Below, piece by piece: positions 1-13,607 of a DNA stretch of 64,000 bases. The stretch comes from Felis catus (taxonomy: Eukaryota): assembly GCF_018350175.1 (NCBI RefSeq), contig NC_058368.1, forward strand, positions 197,410,001-197,474,000, given 5' to 3'. Under the pieces are notes generated by a model that saw only the letters and a list, made by a program, of their open reading frames with translations, was not told the origin of the DNA and did not search any database. Position 1 is the first letter of the stretch. Each line of letters opens with the position of its first letter. The position numbers and the translations under genes were made by a program.

Positions 1-2284
1 AGCCGAGTGGCTAAGACATTACCGAATGGATGAACAACTAAACTGTCATTGAGGAGAAGGTAAATTGCCCGGAAGAATAACACAGGGTAATGCGGTAGAG
101 GGAGAGAGGTGGGGGCAGAGCCACCTGTCCTCCCCCTCCCCCAATATCCTTAAGAGCAAATAGGTCAGTGTGTAAAGTGAGCAAAGTGCGCTCACAAACC
201 TACTATTTATAGTAGTAGTTTTTTTTATTTATTAGTTTTGGCCTGAGCTGACCTGCTGCTCCGGGGTTATGTAGCCAGAACTTTCCGATTGCCATTTAGA
301 CTGCTCCAAGGGCCCTGAGCTAGGGACAGAAAAAAGCCATTCCGGTTCCCCCAACGGGCTGGTGCTAAAAACACAAACTATCAGTCTAATTCCTGAGGTC
401 ACAAGCCAGCGCTCAGTGAAGAAAAAGTCATCTCCTCCCTTTCACCAAGCTCTCAATAAACAACTCATTGTCTATAGCAGGTTTAGAAAATCCTGTCTGG
501 ATTTGGAATCTGGCCCAATTTGCCTCACATGGATCGGGTCGCGGAAAGAGCACTGCTCAGAGGATCTGATAAAGGGAGCTGTGCTCCTGATTCCGACCCT
601 TGCTGCCCGCGTGCCTGTGGACAAGCCCCAGCGGGAGACGCAAGGACTTCTGGACAGGTAGCGTGATTCAAAGCACAAAGTCAGCTTGCTGGAGTTGTGA
701 CCCTGACCTTAGTGTGGGTCGTGGTTCTCTTTTCAGAAACCGACCAGGTCTCCGCCTTGGACTTCAGTTCTGGTATACGTCTTGTCTTTCAGAACTGTTG
801 GAAGATTCTCTGGCCGCTGCCAGCTACCAGGCATACAGTTCTGTGTCCCTAGGACACGGGCAGTGCCTGCTTCCACCTCATCTTGCTGGATCTCGATTGG
901 GCTGCCCTCTCCCTCTGGCTGGCGCCCCATCCCTGCATTTCCTCAGACACCGCTTCTGTTTCCCAGAGTGGCTGTCCACCATCTACAGCTGGCCTGCCCT
1001 TTCTGTCCCCAACTCAGAGGCATGTTCAGTTTCTCCCTTCTTCCACTCTGCCCCCTACCACGGCTGGCATGAGGTTGGTCAAAGGCGGTGTCTTCCAACC
1101 ATTTTTCTCCTTTGGCACGTACACTTTTAAGCGGAACTCCAAATAGAAAACAGTAAAAAAAAAGGAAGGGGGAAAAAAAACCCCACAACTTACTTAGGCT
1201 AATGAAATCTTCCTTAAGAGAAACACATCACTGTTTGCCGAGCCAGGAAGCACCCTCAAAATTCAGTTCGTGAGTCTGAACTAGGCGATCTAGTCTGTTC
1301 CTTTCTATTTTGTAGGCAGCCCAGAAGACCAAGGGGCTCGCTCAGGTCACGCGGTGAGACCGCGCCGAATCCCGTCTCTAGAACACGTTGCTCTCAAATA
1401 GAATCCTCCCCTTGGGAGGGTAGAGACCTTCGCTGCCACGTGTCCCTCCCGTCTCCTGCGTGCAGAGTGCGACGTTTGGCACCTTGCGGGTGCTTGATTG
1501 GAAGTAGAATGAAGAACGGGTCTCGGTGGAAGAACTTTCACGGGTCAGGCTCCCTGCCCTTGGCTCTGGGAACAGAACTGTGAAGGGGGCTGATTAACAT
1601 GGTTCCTTCTCCTATAGAGCTTAGGGATAAACTGGGGCTTGGACCCGATACACATTATTGCAGAGGTGAATGCAATAATTAACAACCGTCTGCTCTTTAC
1701 AGGACAGGGCCCAGGCAGGCCTCAGAGCTGCCCACTGGGTGAGGAAAGGAGGCGAGGCGAGGTGGGGCCTGACCCCCAGGCCCACCTGGCCCCTACTAAT
1801 GCCTCGTCTTGCTTCACAGAGCTGGGCTCTGTCATCCTGGCTAAAGGGTGTGACTAGGCCTGCCTGAGGGAAGAGTGACCTCAGCTGCTCGGCTGCAGGG
1901 GCCCTGCCAGACTCTGTCACACCTACAGCGAGGGCTGCCCCGCCTGAAGCCCTGGGCTGGGCAGGGACAGGGCAGGTACTGAGTCTCCACCCATCAGCTG
2001 TACGTTGTGTTCCCTAAGCCCTCCCACCGGGTCTGCCCCAGCTGTTCTTTCTGCCTGGGGTGGCCGCTCCACTCCTCATCCCCCCAAAAAATTCTTCCCA
2101 TGCTTCCAGGGGAAGTGTAAACCTCACCTCCTTCAGGAAGTCTGCCTTGATGACTACACCTACTTCCTCATCCAGGGGGAAGTGATTGTTTCTCTTCTGG
2201 CTTCACATAGAGCTCAATCTCTCCTTTTCCTGTTGTAGCCACACAGGGTGCAAATTCTGGGTTCTTGGCAGGGTGTGTGGGGTC

Positions 2285-2770
2285 ATTTCTCTATTCATTC
2301 CACAGCTATTTATTGAGGGCCGGGGGGTTGTCGACGATGTCACGGCTTTCATGAAGTTTGCTTTCCGATAAGAGAATCGGGGGGGAAAAAAAAGCAAGTA
2401 AGAAAAGAAAATATTTTCAGCTCGATAAGGGATAAGAAAAGAATGTATGATGGAGAGTTTTGGGGTGGGGTGGGCGTGTGTGTACCAGGTGAGACAGGTC
2501 AGTCAGGGACGGCCTTGCTGAGGAGGTGAAATTTGAGGTGAGGTATGAATGATGAGGGCCGGAAGAAGGGCATCCCAGGTAGAGGGAAAAGCAGGTGCCA
2601 AGGCCCTGAGGCAAGAAAAAGCTTGGTGCGTTTGAGAAACAGGAAAAGGTTGGTGTCGTAGAAATGAGTGGGAAGGGGAGAAGGACGAAGGGTTCGGGGA
2701 GGCGGGCAGGACCCAGGGCTGGTCGGGCCTCGTGGGCCACCGTGAGTCGCATGGGATTTCGTAAATACAG
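2285..2770 (-). mobile_element. L2 (LINE-2) 3' relic
   Basis: Starts with an antisense L2 tail-like 'ttcattcc...tatttattgag'. Contains L2-like 'gaggaggtgaaatttgag' and 'gggcatcccaggtagagggaaaagcaggtgccaaggccctgaggc'. Boundaries approximate. Confidence 0.7.
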
Positions 2771-3029
2771 GAAGCCACGGGACGGGGGTCAGGTGAGAAG
2801 CAGGGGGCGGGGGAGAGCTGACTCCTTCCTTCAGTGGTGACACATGCCTCCCTCGTGACAGGTACAGAGCGAGGTGGTGGCCACACGGGCAAGGCAGAGG
2901 TGCTGCTGGCTCTCTAGGTGCGCGTGTGGAGCGGACGCCCCCCACGAAGAGTGCCATCCCTGCAGAGTCTGGTTTCCCGCTTTGCCGATTCAGGTATTTG
3001 CTCTGTCCGGTTCCTTGTTATTGACAGTC

Positions 3030-3150
3030 TGCTGCATTACCCGAGAGCGTGCTAGAAATGCGGGCCCTGGGGCCCCACCCCACACCGATGCAACCAGAAT
3101 CTGTATGCCCGTTCGAGAGTTGTATTCAGCGTGAAAGTTCGAGGAGGGCT
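3030..3150. mobile_element. MER5-like hAT DNA transposon relic
   Basis: 'gctagaaatgcgggccctggggccccaccccacaccgatgcaaccagaatctg' resembles the MER5A/B core. Confidence 0.5.
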
Positions 3151-3266
3151 GGCCCAGGAGTAATCAAAGCGTGGAGCACCAGACTCTCGCTAACCGAACC
3201 GAGAGGACGGTCATGAGTCTAATACCAGCTCGACAAGTGAGAGTGGGGGCTGGTGACCTCTTACGT

Positions 3267-3418
3267 CAGTGCTTCCCCGAACCTTGAAGTGTGTACCCAT
3301 CGCCTGGGAATCTTGCTACAAGGCGGATTCCGACCCAGTAGGTTTAGAATGGGAGCCCGACTTCTAGCATCTCCAGCGAGCTTTAAGGTGATGTTTCCGC
3401 TCCTGGCCCACGGAGCCG
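3267..3418. mobile_element. MER5A-like hAT DNA transposon relic
   Basis: 'cagtgcttccccgaacctt...cctgggaatcttgctac...gattccgacccagtaggtttagaatggg...aggtgatg' follows the MER5A layout. Confidence 0.6.
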
Positions 3419-3499
3419 GTGGCCTTCCATGACTCCCTACGTCAGCCCACTCGATTTGCCAGACTACCCCGCGGTGAGAGGTCGATTTGCGTTATATGG

Positions 3500-3700
3500 A
3501 TCAGGAGACGGACTTACGGAGCTGAAGATGCAGCTGTGTGACCTCGGGTGGGTGGCGAGGCTTGTTTTCCTCCTCTGGAAAATGAGGCTGCTGTCCCTCC
3601 TGGCTGCTTAGAGGGTCTCTTGGAAGAGGAAACGAAACAAAGCAGGTCACACGAAACAAAGCACGGTGCCCGGCACACGGCGAGAGCTCGATCTTTGGTA
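3500..3700 (+). mobile_element. MIR SINE relic
   Basis: Degenerate MIR core 'agctgtgtgacctcggg...ttttcctcctctggaaaatgagg' and tail 'agcacggtgcccggcacac'. Confidence 0.55.
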
Positions 3701-4439
3701 GCTTTTCTGTTTCCCGAGACTGGAGTCTGGGTTTTCCGACTGCAAAACTGGGGTTCTCGCCACCAGGTGAGTAGAAACCAGGGTTTGGCTCTGCTAGAAG
3801 ATGGGGTTAGGGATGAAGATATTTAGCAATAATTGACTACGGATGAGTTGGTGGATGCGTCTCCCAGGGAAGTGTGGAAAGTTCGCTTCTTCATACGGGA
3901 TATCAGCGTCCTCGGAGCTGGGACGTTACGCCTCAGGACCTCCCCCCACTCAGCCTGTGCAGGAGACACACGGGCGCATCTGTATATTCGTTTTCCCTTC
4001 TAGACCACATCCCCACAGCCTGTCCTAACAATCCACCATGACCTTTGCCCTGTCACGGTTGAGTCGCAGAAAATCTGTCCTGTTCCAAGCATGGTTTCTT
4101 GAGGAGGGGCCCTGGTCCCCGGCTGGCTTCAAGCCTGTCCCTGTGGCCACCTCCATCTCAACAAGGAGAGCAGGTCACGGCCCTATCCGTTGAGGGCTCA
4201 GTTTCAGTCTGAGATATTGACATTTCTGGAAGTGCTCCAAATCCTGGGGATACACTCTATCAGCAGTTCCTTAATAAAAATAATCTATACAGCACTCAGC
4301 GACTTATAATGCGCTCAGTTTTAGTTCACCACTTTGAAAAGGACACAGAACTGATATAATCCATTTTGCGAGTAAGAAAATGAAAGAGGTTAAACAATTC
4401 GCCCACTGCCACTTGTCCGGTAACTCTCGATTCTGAGAC

Positions 4440-4760
4440 CACTCATTCGGCCAATATTTATTGAGCAGTCAGCGTGAGCAGGTCCTGTGCTGGGCTATGA
4501 GAATGCATATGGAGGAAACTAGACATGGCCTTGCCCTCCTGGAGCTCACACTCCAGCGAGGAAGACCGATGTCAAATAATCATGCCCACGAGCGCAACAC
4601 TGTCACTGTGGCAAGAACTATGAAGGAGAGACACAAGGTGCTGTGAGCACACAGAGGGGGATCTGACATAAAATAGAAGGGCTGACGGGGCCTGAAGACG
4701 TGGCCACTGAGCTGACCTTTGAAGCTGACCAGACAGAGTCCTGACGAGGACCTTTGACGT
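4440..4760 (-). mobile_element. L2 relic
   Basis: Antisense L2 3' end 'actcattcggccaatatttattgagca...gtgctgggct...gccctcctggagctcacactccag'. Confidence 0.65.
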
Positions 4761-5649
4761 TATCCTGATGGCACTGTCTGGCCACTGAAGGGGTTGAGGA
4801 GTGAATACGTCAGGTGTGTGTTTTTCATAGAGACTCCTCAGCATCAATCCTATCTCACCTTTTCAACCTTGGCTTGTTCTCCTGCTTCCCTGGGACATTC
4901 TTGAAGATAGAGATCAGGTCTTTAGCAGCATGAGACCCAGTGAGATTACATTTGAGCGGGGTGAGTCAGTCAAGGCCATGCATGGCGTCCTCAGCGAAGG
5001 CCTCAGAATGTAGGCAGCCAACGCCAACATTCTGGACGGGCAGGGTGGTGGATGATGTTCCGGCACCTGAGCCCACGCTTGAAAGTGGGAAGGGCAACGA
5101 ATCCGGAACACCCCGTCTTGCCCATCCTTTCATGGAAAGTCAAGAAGCCCTCTCCAGTCCCAGGAACAGGAAGGCCATCAGGCATGGACTTGTCCGACTG
5201 CTGGGTTCAAATCCCAGCCCTGCCACCCAGCAGCAGATTCTGGGCAAATCGTTTCTCCTTTCATCTTTATTTCTTCAGGCGGAGAAAGGGCCTGAGCGAT
5301 TGATTTCATAGAGTGAATCCTGATTCTCTGACTGGGTAGGCGGAAGTCCTCTCACCAAAAATATGATGAGCTGCCTCCTTCTGATGTAACTGATGCATGA
5401 CCTCATCACAGCCCTAGAGGGAAAAAACATGAAAACCTCTTGAGGTTGGCATCCAGAGATGATCACCATGGGGTCCCCGCCTACTTTTTCAGCCTCCATG
5501 TGGATCCCTCCCGAGTAGTTCACTGCTGTCCCTCATTCCTCTCACGCTTCACGTCTCTGTTTGGGGATTTCTCACCTGCCTAACCGTTCACTTGGAAGCC
5601 TCCCAAAGTCACATCCTCCCGAAGCCTTTCCTGGTTTCCCCACGTAGGC

Positions 5650-6130
5650 TACTCATTCATTCAAGCCTGAAGTATTTACTGTTGGCACATCTCATCTGTG
5701 CCAGATCTGTCCGAGATCCTGAGGATATAGTGATGAATACAAGATTCAAAGTTTCTGCCCTTGTGGAGGTGACATTTTATTCGGAGGAAACAGACAATAT
5801 GTTGTATACAAGTCAATAAGCAAGGTAATGTCAGAGAGTGACAAATGCATCCGGGGGTAAGAGGTAATGTGATAGGTCTCTGAGGAGGATGTGTAACCAA
5901 GGCTGATTGATGGTGAGAAGCTGGCCAAGTGAAGAGGTGGGGAAAGGTCATTCCAGGCAAGAGAGTAGAAGGGCAAGCAAGGAACAGGACGAAGGACAAG
6001 GAGGCCAGTGCAGAATGAGGAGGACAAGGGCACTGTGATCCGAGCTGGAGAGGCAGGGAGTGCCAGGTCGCGTTGCTTCTCCCCGTGATTCCCACGGCAC
6101 TTGGTAACAGCTCCGTGAAGTCCGTTCCAG
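5650..6130 (-). mobile_element. L2 relic
   Basis: 'tcattcattc...tgtgccag...tgaggatatagtgatgaata...gcccttgtggaggtgacattttat...tctctgaggagg...cattccaggcaagag' is typical antisense L2 sequence. Confidence 0.7.
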
Positions 6131-8328
6131 GTTGGAGTGCGATCATGGCACCAGGGACCAGGCCCTTCCACGTCTGTAGCCCCAGCACAGTGTCTGGCTC
6201 TCAGTCAAGACTCGCTAAATGTTGACTGCATGAAGTCCAGTTGGAGACAGGGATGGAGAGTCTGGGCTGGACTCCGGGTGGGGCAGCACGTCCACGGCAG
6301 TCTTTGTGGAGTCAGCACCCTCGATACACCTTTCTCCAGTGAATTCCGGGAGTAACTGGGCATATGCCCCGAATTTGAAAACAGTTCCAGAAGAAGCCCT
6401 GCCTCTGGTTGAGATAAACATAAATCACCATCTCTCCCGGAAGGAGGAAGCCCTGGACGGGAGGGGTTTTGGAAATGGACACGAGTGGTTGATCAAGACC
6501 TAATCAATATCAAAATAGAAACTGTAACTGGGTGTAAATGACATAAGAGTTAAGGACAGAGGCGTGGCCTCCCCAGGAGATCAGATATACTGGCAGGACA
6601 TTGAGCATTGGCAAAGAGGGAATCCAACGGGCTGAGCATGATAACTGGAAACAAGTCAGACCCAGGCAGGATGAGTGAGTGCCCAGGAGCGAGAGTCTGA
6701 CTCACCGCTAATGAAACATGGAACCACACTCAACTTTTCCTGCCCGCCTAGTGAAAACCGTTTGCTCAAATCCTATTCTATTTCAGGAAACGCCAGCTGT
6801 ATCATAGGAAGTCCTGCTCTTTCCACATTAGGAACAAGAGTCATTTCTCTTTGCTTTCGGGACCTCACACGGCACCAGCCCTGGGGCCACAGGGTTATGC
6901 TGCTCAAACAAGATAGATGGGTATAGTCTGTCGGGGGGAGGGGTGGGGGGCTAAGCCAGAATCCTTCCCTCGGGCAGGGAAAAGCTGAACTTAAGAAAGA
7001 ATTGTCACCATAAAACATGGACTTTGGCCCATCCGAGGAGCCTTAAAATGTGCCCGTGCCAGCGTCACAGGGAAGAGGCAAAAGTGGCCCAATGTCACGA
7101 ACTGTCAGGTCTCTTTTTCTCTCCCTCCTGTCCTGCGAGGGGAACTTTGAAACCCTGGTTTCATCTTCCCAGAGAAGCAGCATGAGCGAGGATGCTGGAA
7201 CTCGCCCTCCTTGATAGGCTGATGGCTTCTGTGTACTCTGACATCCAATTATTTCCCTGGGACTGTGCTGAAAGCTGCTCTTTGAGGTCGACCAAGGGCA
7301 GGCAAACTGCAGATGACCTTGTTCGTGCGGCAGAGAGGAGTTTTCCTCCCTCTATCTCCTATGCTTGATTTAAAATGTGATAATCAATACACCGTGAGGG
7401 CCTGAGCACAGGATGTGCACACTGGGGGTTTTATAGGACAAAGAGTCCTTAGGTGGGGCTGGGTCTTCTTTCCCGACTGAATTCTTTTTCAAAACAGGTT
7501 ATCTAGGGATCCTGTTTGAACAGCGGGGTATTCAGAAGTCTCTACACGCTTTCCAGGTTTTATTTGGGATCTTGATGGATATTTCTATCACAAGAAGCTC
7601 CATAACACACAGGAAGTGAGCGGATGCAGAACGTAGGAAAAAAGAAAAAAAAGAAAACTTTCCATCTTTGCTAATGAGAGGGATTGCCACGGCTGCCAGT
7701 TGACGATGAATTTTGGTTTCGTTTCTTCCCGTCTAAAAGTAAGGTGCATTAAGACCGGTCTTCAGTCATGGTGGATTGCAAATATAAGAATTTGTTTAGA
7801 TGTAAGTTGGGTGATCTGCAGCCCACTTGTGGCAGAACGTAGTGATCTGGGCAAAAACACAGGGACTCGGGGTTCGGCGTTGCTGTTTGCCCTTGGTCAA
7901 GTTGCCACCTGTCTCTGGGCCCCACCTTCCTCTGGAAAATGAGAAGCCTGAATTAGATCACGATTCCCTACATACTGTGACTAATTATCACAACATTATA
8001 AATGATTAAATCACATAATGGAAAGCTGTGCAGAATTTAATCCTCCTTTAATCCTCCCGATTAAGGAAAGGAGACTGTCTCAGTGGTGTTCATATATCTT
8101 TAACACCTTGAAATACTTCCTGATCTTTTTTTTTCAGAAAGCGAGAGCAGACTCCCAGCTCAGAGTCTTCCTTGGACTGGATGTCTCTACCTGGAGGAGA
8201 ATTTAATCACATTATTTTGTTTTCGTTTCATTTATTTTTATGGTCGCTTTTTCTTTAAATGACAAGTGATCTTGGTTTTCCATTCATGGCAGTGATGTAG
8301 AGTTTTCCCTTAAAATAAAAGTGTTTAA

Positions 8329-8559
8329 GGGGCACCTGGGTGGCTCAGTCAGTTGAGCATCCGACTTCGGCTCAGGTCACGATCTCGCGGTTCGTGAGTT
8401 CGAGCCCCGCGTCGGGCTCTGGGCTGATGGCTCAGAGCGTGGAGCCTGCTTGGAATTCTGTGTCTCTCTCTCTCTCTCTCTCTGCTCCTCCCCCGCTCAT
8501 GCTCCGTCTCTCTCTTTCCTTCAAAAATAAATAAAAAAAACATTAAAAAATTTGTTTAA
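8329..8559 (+). mobile_element. Can-SINE (SINEC_Fc-like)
   Basis: Head 'ggggcacctgggtggctcagtc', B-box 'gttcgagccc', CT tract and A tail. TSD aaaagtgtttaa at 8317-8328 and 8560-8571. Confidence 0.97.
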
Positions 8560-11500
8560 AAAAGTGTTTAAATAGATGAGGGCATACAGAGAAATATATC
8601 AAGGTGGTCGTGGCATATGGCAAGACCCATGAGGTTGGTAGATGAATGACTGCCCTTTGGAAAACTGGTTGAGATGACCTCTCGGCGCCTTCCAGCTCTG
8701 AGGGCCCGTGGATGCGAGCACCCTAGTCTCCGCACAGGGCACACGTTGCTGGGTTCCATCCGTCTTCAGTGTAAGCTTTGTGGGTGCGACGACTGTATGT
8801 GGCTTTTTGGCCACTGTGTCTGACACATCGGATCCAGCAGGTGCCACGTGGTTGGATTTCAATAAGCGATTCTGAAAGAATGAACGCATGACTCAGGTGG
8901 AAAGTATAGGGTTATGACATCTTTGTATGTTTTGGGACAGAAAAGAAGGAAACTCGTGTTTCGGACCCTGTGGAGTAGTGAGCAGACACAGGTGGGTGCG
9001 TGTGTATACACATACACATTCACACATACACACACACGCAAAAACACTTTATGTTCTGGATGTTAACCTAAGTTGGACTTTTGTGATATCATTGAAATTT
9101 GCGCGACATGCTTAACGCTGTTTAAAAAAAAATAAAAATTGGTTCGGCTCTTAACACCTTTGATCCTCTCTGGAAAAAGGCAAAGTTAAGCAATGAATGA
9201 AATTTATCTGTCCGTAGATAAATAGATGTATTTACTTTTTATTTTCAGTTTTCTTTGTTGTTAAGTTTCATTGGCTCTCTGCTGGCGGTACTTTTAAATT
9301 GACTGGCTGTTTGGTTCAAATTATGTTTTAAAGTTTTGGCGCGGGCTACAGACCTGGTGTGTGTGCTGAGTTGGAGTTTGGGCGTGTCACCAAGTTGCTT
9401 TGGCTGGGTGACAGTTTAAACATGGCCAAACAGCTGGTCCTGCCGGGAGAGTCATCGGTGGGAAGATTCCACAGAAATAATGTCCTGGCCTGGGCATCCC
9501 TGCCCCTGCCGGGGGACCAGAGGGGTCAGGTGGTCTCTTCATGTCCAAGGGACAGCTTTGGATTCAGGAGGGCCATCGTGGACCCCTGTCTATCTCTGTT
9601 TTCTCTTTCCTTCTTCTCCCGGAGCTGACGTTGGCTCTGACTTCCAGGAGTCATTGGGGACTACTGCCTCTGGAACCAGAGTTGGTGGAACTGAGAGCCA
9701 GGGACTGGACTTTCTCAGATAGGGCCATCCTGCCCCGTCTGTCCAGCCCCAGCCATTTGGTTTCATTTAAGTCTTTTCTGAGGGCAGAGGGACATCCAGG
9801 GCAACGTGAGTGGAAGCAGAATTCTTGCAATCCACTGCAAAGCTTTCTGCTTGCTCAAGCAGCACAGGTAGCTATTACAAAAAAGAACAAAGCGATGTGC
9901 TCCTCAGGGCTGTCGTGGTGATGAATTGAGACAACGTGGGTAAAACGTTCTGCCCACCAGAGGCACTCCATAAATAATAGCTAGGAATATTGTTTCTCTC
10001 CCCACACAGTAAATGGTTCCTAGTGTCAAAGAGCGGGGTAGACCGAAGGGAGGCTCAAAGGCCAGCGTTAGACCTGCTACACGTCACCTGCTGTCCTTCA
10101 GTGCGGGGTGGCTTTGACTGGCCAGACGATTGTGGAATGACTTTCCATCTACTCTCCCTTTTCTGCATAATTGATTTTGAAGTCAGAATACACCCCAAGG
10201 GAAGGCACCACGCCTTCCGACTCCGGGGTCTTAAGGTATCCCTTTCACAAGTCCTAGTTGGGCACCATGGGGCAGGTGGGCGCCCTCTGTCTGCACTTGC
10301 TTTGGGGGTTTTTGAGGTTTGGCTGGAGGGTCCAAGGAGCCCGCTCCTGACTTTGCGGAATAGTAAGAGGAGATAAGGTCACTGGGTCTGTGTCTTCAGA
10401 AAGGGTTTCTGTATCTCCTTTTCTGACCTAAGGGTATGATGCAACTAGGCTTTTAGCACCCGATTAGATTAGCGGGGGCAACACATACAGCATTACTGGG
10501 ATAATGAAGAGAATAAAGTCCACATGAGAGTCTCTTTCTGAGTTATGGTCTGTCCCATCCCAGATATTGTTGGCTCTCAATGACAGGAGCTATGCTTGTG
10601 GTCAATAAAACCTCCCCAGAGTTCCCCAGCCAAATGGTCTTTACATTCAAGGTCCCTAGAACCATGATTCTCAAGGGGAAGGGGGATCAGTTAGTGTTGA
10701 GGCACGCCACAGAGGGGTCCAGCTCTATACAGGAGCACAAGTTACGACAGAGGTCACTATGGGTTAACAAAAGGCTTCCTCTGTGCCAGGCAATACGTGG
10801 GTGTTCAATTCTCTGGGAAGCCCGTGGCAGGTACGTGGTTGTCGATGTCATTGCTTATGGTCCCAGGCAGCTTTCCCACCTACCAAGAGCCCCTGGGTTC
10901 CCTTTGGGAGTTCTGTCACACTCCGTGTTTATGGTCTTGCTGGGGGGTAAATCAGATGTCTTCCCCTTGTCACTATGATACCTGAGACTTTCTTCAAATC
11001 ACACTGGTGAGGCAAGGGAAAAGTCCAATGGGAATGTCTCTCTTCCAGGACTTGGAACCCTGAGCTCATCCTTTGAGAACAGAAGAAATCCTCAGGACTT
11101 GTTGATTGGAGCTCAGAGCAGATTGCCAGATGGCTTCTGCAGTCTGCTCTGAGTTTGTCCTAAGCCATCTCTTGTCTTCCCTCTTGTGAGCTGCCCCATG
11201 CCCCTCCAGGAAATGTCTTTTTAGCCAAAAGCCTCTGGGTGGCCCTGAGTTCAGGTCTGTCTTCCCCCAGAGCCCACGAACCGAAAAAAGTCACAATATC
11301 GGAGCCTCTCTGTCTCCTCCTGGGCATGAGATCCTAAGCTCCTGAAGATCTGAGAACATAGGATTCTAAAATGACATGATTAATTCCTTTTCTATTCTTT
11401 TGGAGCTGGTCAGTGTTCGCACCTGCAAATCCCCCTCCCAAATTAGCTGTCGACTTGAGCTGGCGGCTGAGTCAGCAGCAGGGTGCGGAGGGCTTGTGGT

Positions 11501-13607
11501 CTTGGGCTCAGCTGACAGAACACATCCTTTTACTCATGCCAGCCTCTCCCTGGGGCTCCACATCATACAGCCCTGCCGGCCGAGGCCCCTGACTTCCCCA
11601 TGAGACCCGGGATTTCCGGTCCCCTGGGAGAAATCTGCAGACCACACCGAAGTCTGGACTTGTAATCAACGAGGTGAAGACCTCAGGAACTGAGACGCTG
11701 CAAGAGTGTCGGCCCCGGTCAATCCCCGGGGTGGCCCCAGTTTGGTCTGTCCCCTCAGCAGGGATGAGCCGGCTCTCATGGCAGCTTCCAGAAACACTTC
11801 ACGATCTTGCAGATGGGAGACTAGAAACAGTTCCCTGCACCGCCTCTAGGCGGATATCAACAGGTATTCATATCTAAGTGGCTACAAAGTCATACTCATT
11901 TCCCCAATGTCATTACCAACCAGGTAGGTAATTTGAATTGTGTGAACAGATACCCTTTTCCCATCTGAGACCCACCGAAGCTGTTTTTATTTTGAGCAAA
12001 ATAAAAACAAGGCCCGAGGCTTCCTGACTTGCCCTTTGCCAGAAGACATTGCTCACCTCAGTTGCTTACCTGTTTTAGGCACCGTGACAGGCATGGGAGT
12101 TTTCATACATTATTATTTTTTTAAGGCAATGGCATCGTTCTTTGGAGCACGGTTTTTTGAAGGACTGTGGTATTATGCAAAACAGCTAAGATGGAACTGC
12201 TTTGTTGAGTTCCCCCCACTCCCCACCATCTCTTGTGATTAATTCACCTACGTGGGTCCCTGAGGCATCTCCGAAGGACCACAGGTGTTGAGGAAGCACG
12301 GGAAACCTGCTGGTGTGGCACACAATTTGAACTGAGTTAGATTCGGTGGTCCTGGGCCCGAACAACCTCTGAGCTACGAAGTCTGCCTTTCTGTCCCCCT
12401 CTGTCTCTGTCTTGCCCTCCCCTCTCTGCCCCCAGCTATGGCAGAAGGAATCGATAGGGTGGTTTACAGAGAGAAGAGTGAGGGCAGGTCAGTGTATCCT
12501 TAAAGCTGAGGCTCCGGGCAAATAGCAGGGCAGGAGACCGGATGATGGAGAGGTGAGCTGGGCAGGAGAGGAACTCGAGACGCCTGGGGTTTACAGAAAC
12601 TGGTGGGAAGAACAAACAAGTCAGTGAATAGGTGAGGACAGTAGCTAAAAAGACGGCCAAGGACCGGGTGTCATGGTGTCACGTGCTGAGTTGCCTGTAG
12701 CCCGGGGCGTTTAGTGTCTGGGCTTCCTGGGAGCCCTGCTGGACACAGATTAAGGGCCTTCCTACCAGCAAGTAATCTCCTTGAGCCCTTTCGCTTTGTG
12801 TCTGTCCTGCTGATGGGCTATTTTGACCTCTCTCTAAAAAATGCACTCATTACCAGAATCTTCGAGTTAGCGTTTGGGGCTACGGAAGCCAGAAACCGGT
12901 CAAGTTGACGTAGAGGTAGCTTTACGGTTTGCAAAGTACGTTTCTGCATGTGACCTCATTTCTCCTCTGAGGAACATAAGGGAGGTCTGTGTGAGGAATG
13001 TTCCACAGCAGCTGATGTCACAGAGTGCTGAAGATGCCACCACCGCGTATGGAAAGGAAAACATTAGTGAGGTAGGAAGAGAAATAGGGTACGGACTGGC
13101 TAATTGCTGCCTTTTCTGTGCGAGGCCTCCGACCTACGCCCGGCCGCCAGGCAGGACGGTGGCCGTTGCACATTCCATTAGCAATAGGTCAGACTGGCTT
13201 TGTGCTAAGTTTCCTGGATTGTGTCACTCAAACGTGTCATGTGTACTTGGTTGTCAAAGCACTTTGCTCAAGGAGGTTGGTCTTCTAGGCCAGAGGTCAC
13301 AAGCCGGTTGCCCCCAAGTTGTGCTGGTCCCCAGATGGGGTTGGCTTTGGTGTGCATCAGATTTAGAGGTTGAAATGACAGCCAACACTTAAAAACGAGA
13401 GGATATAAATCTCTGCATTCCTGCTTTTCTTGAAAAAAAAGGATCTGGCCACATTGCTTTTTGCCCCCTTCCCCTAAGTCACGGGTTCTCCACATTACCA
13501 CGGACCCCACCCAGCCTGTTTCTCTTCTATACCTGTGTAGACTCCTCTGTGTTGGACTTTGATATCTTTAGCCAAAGTTGCTGGCTTATGTAACTTGCCA
13601 TGCAGAG

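Noticed and set aside
3761..3772. Isolated consensus donors (cag|gtgagt at 3767 and 48587; gg|gtaagt at 62328)
   Set aside because: No convincing paired acceptor or open frame. Such motifs are expected by chance in 64 kb.
8329..8420. tRNA genes (A/B-box motifs)
   Set aside because: The boxes belong to tRNA-derived SINE heads and there is no full cloverleaf. The same holds for all SINE copies.
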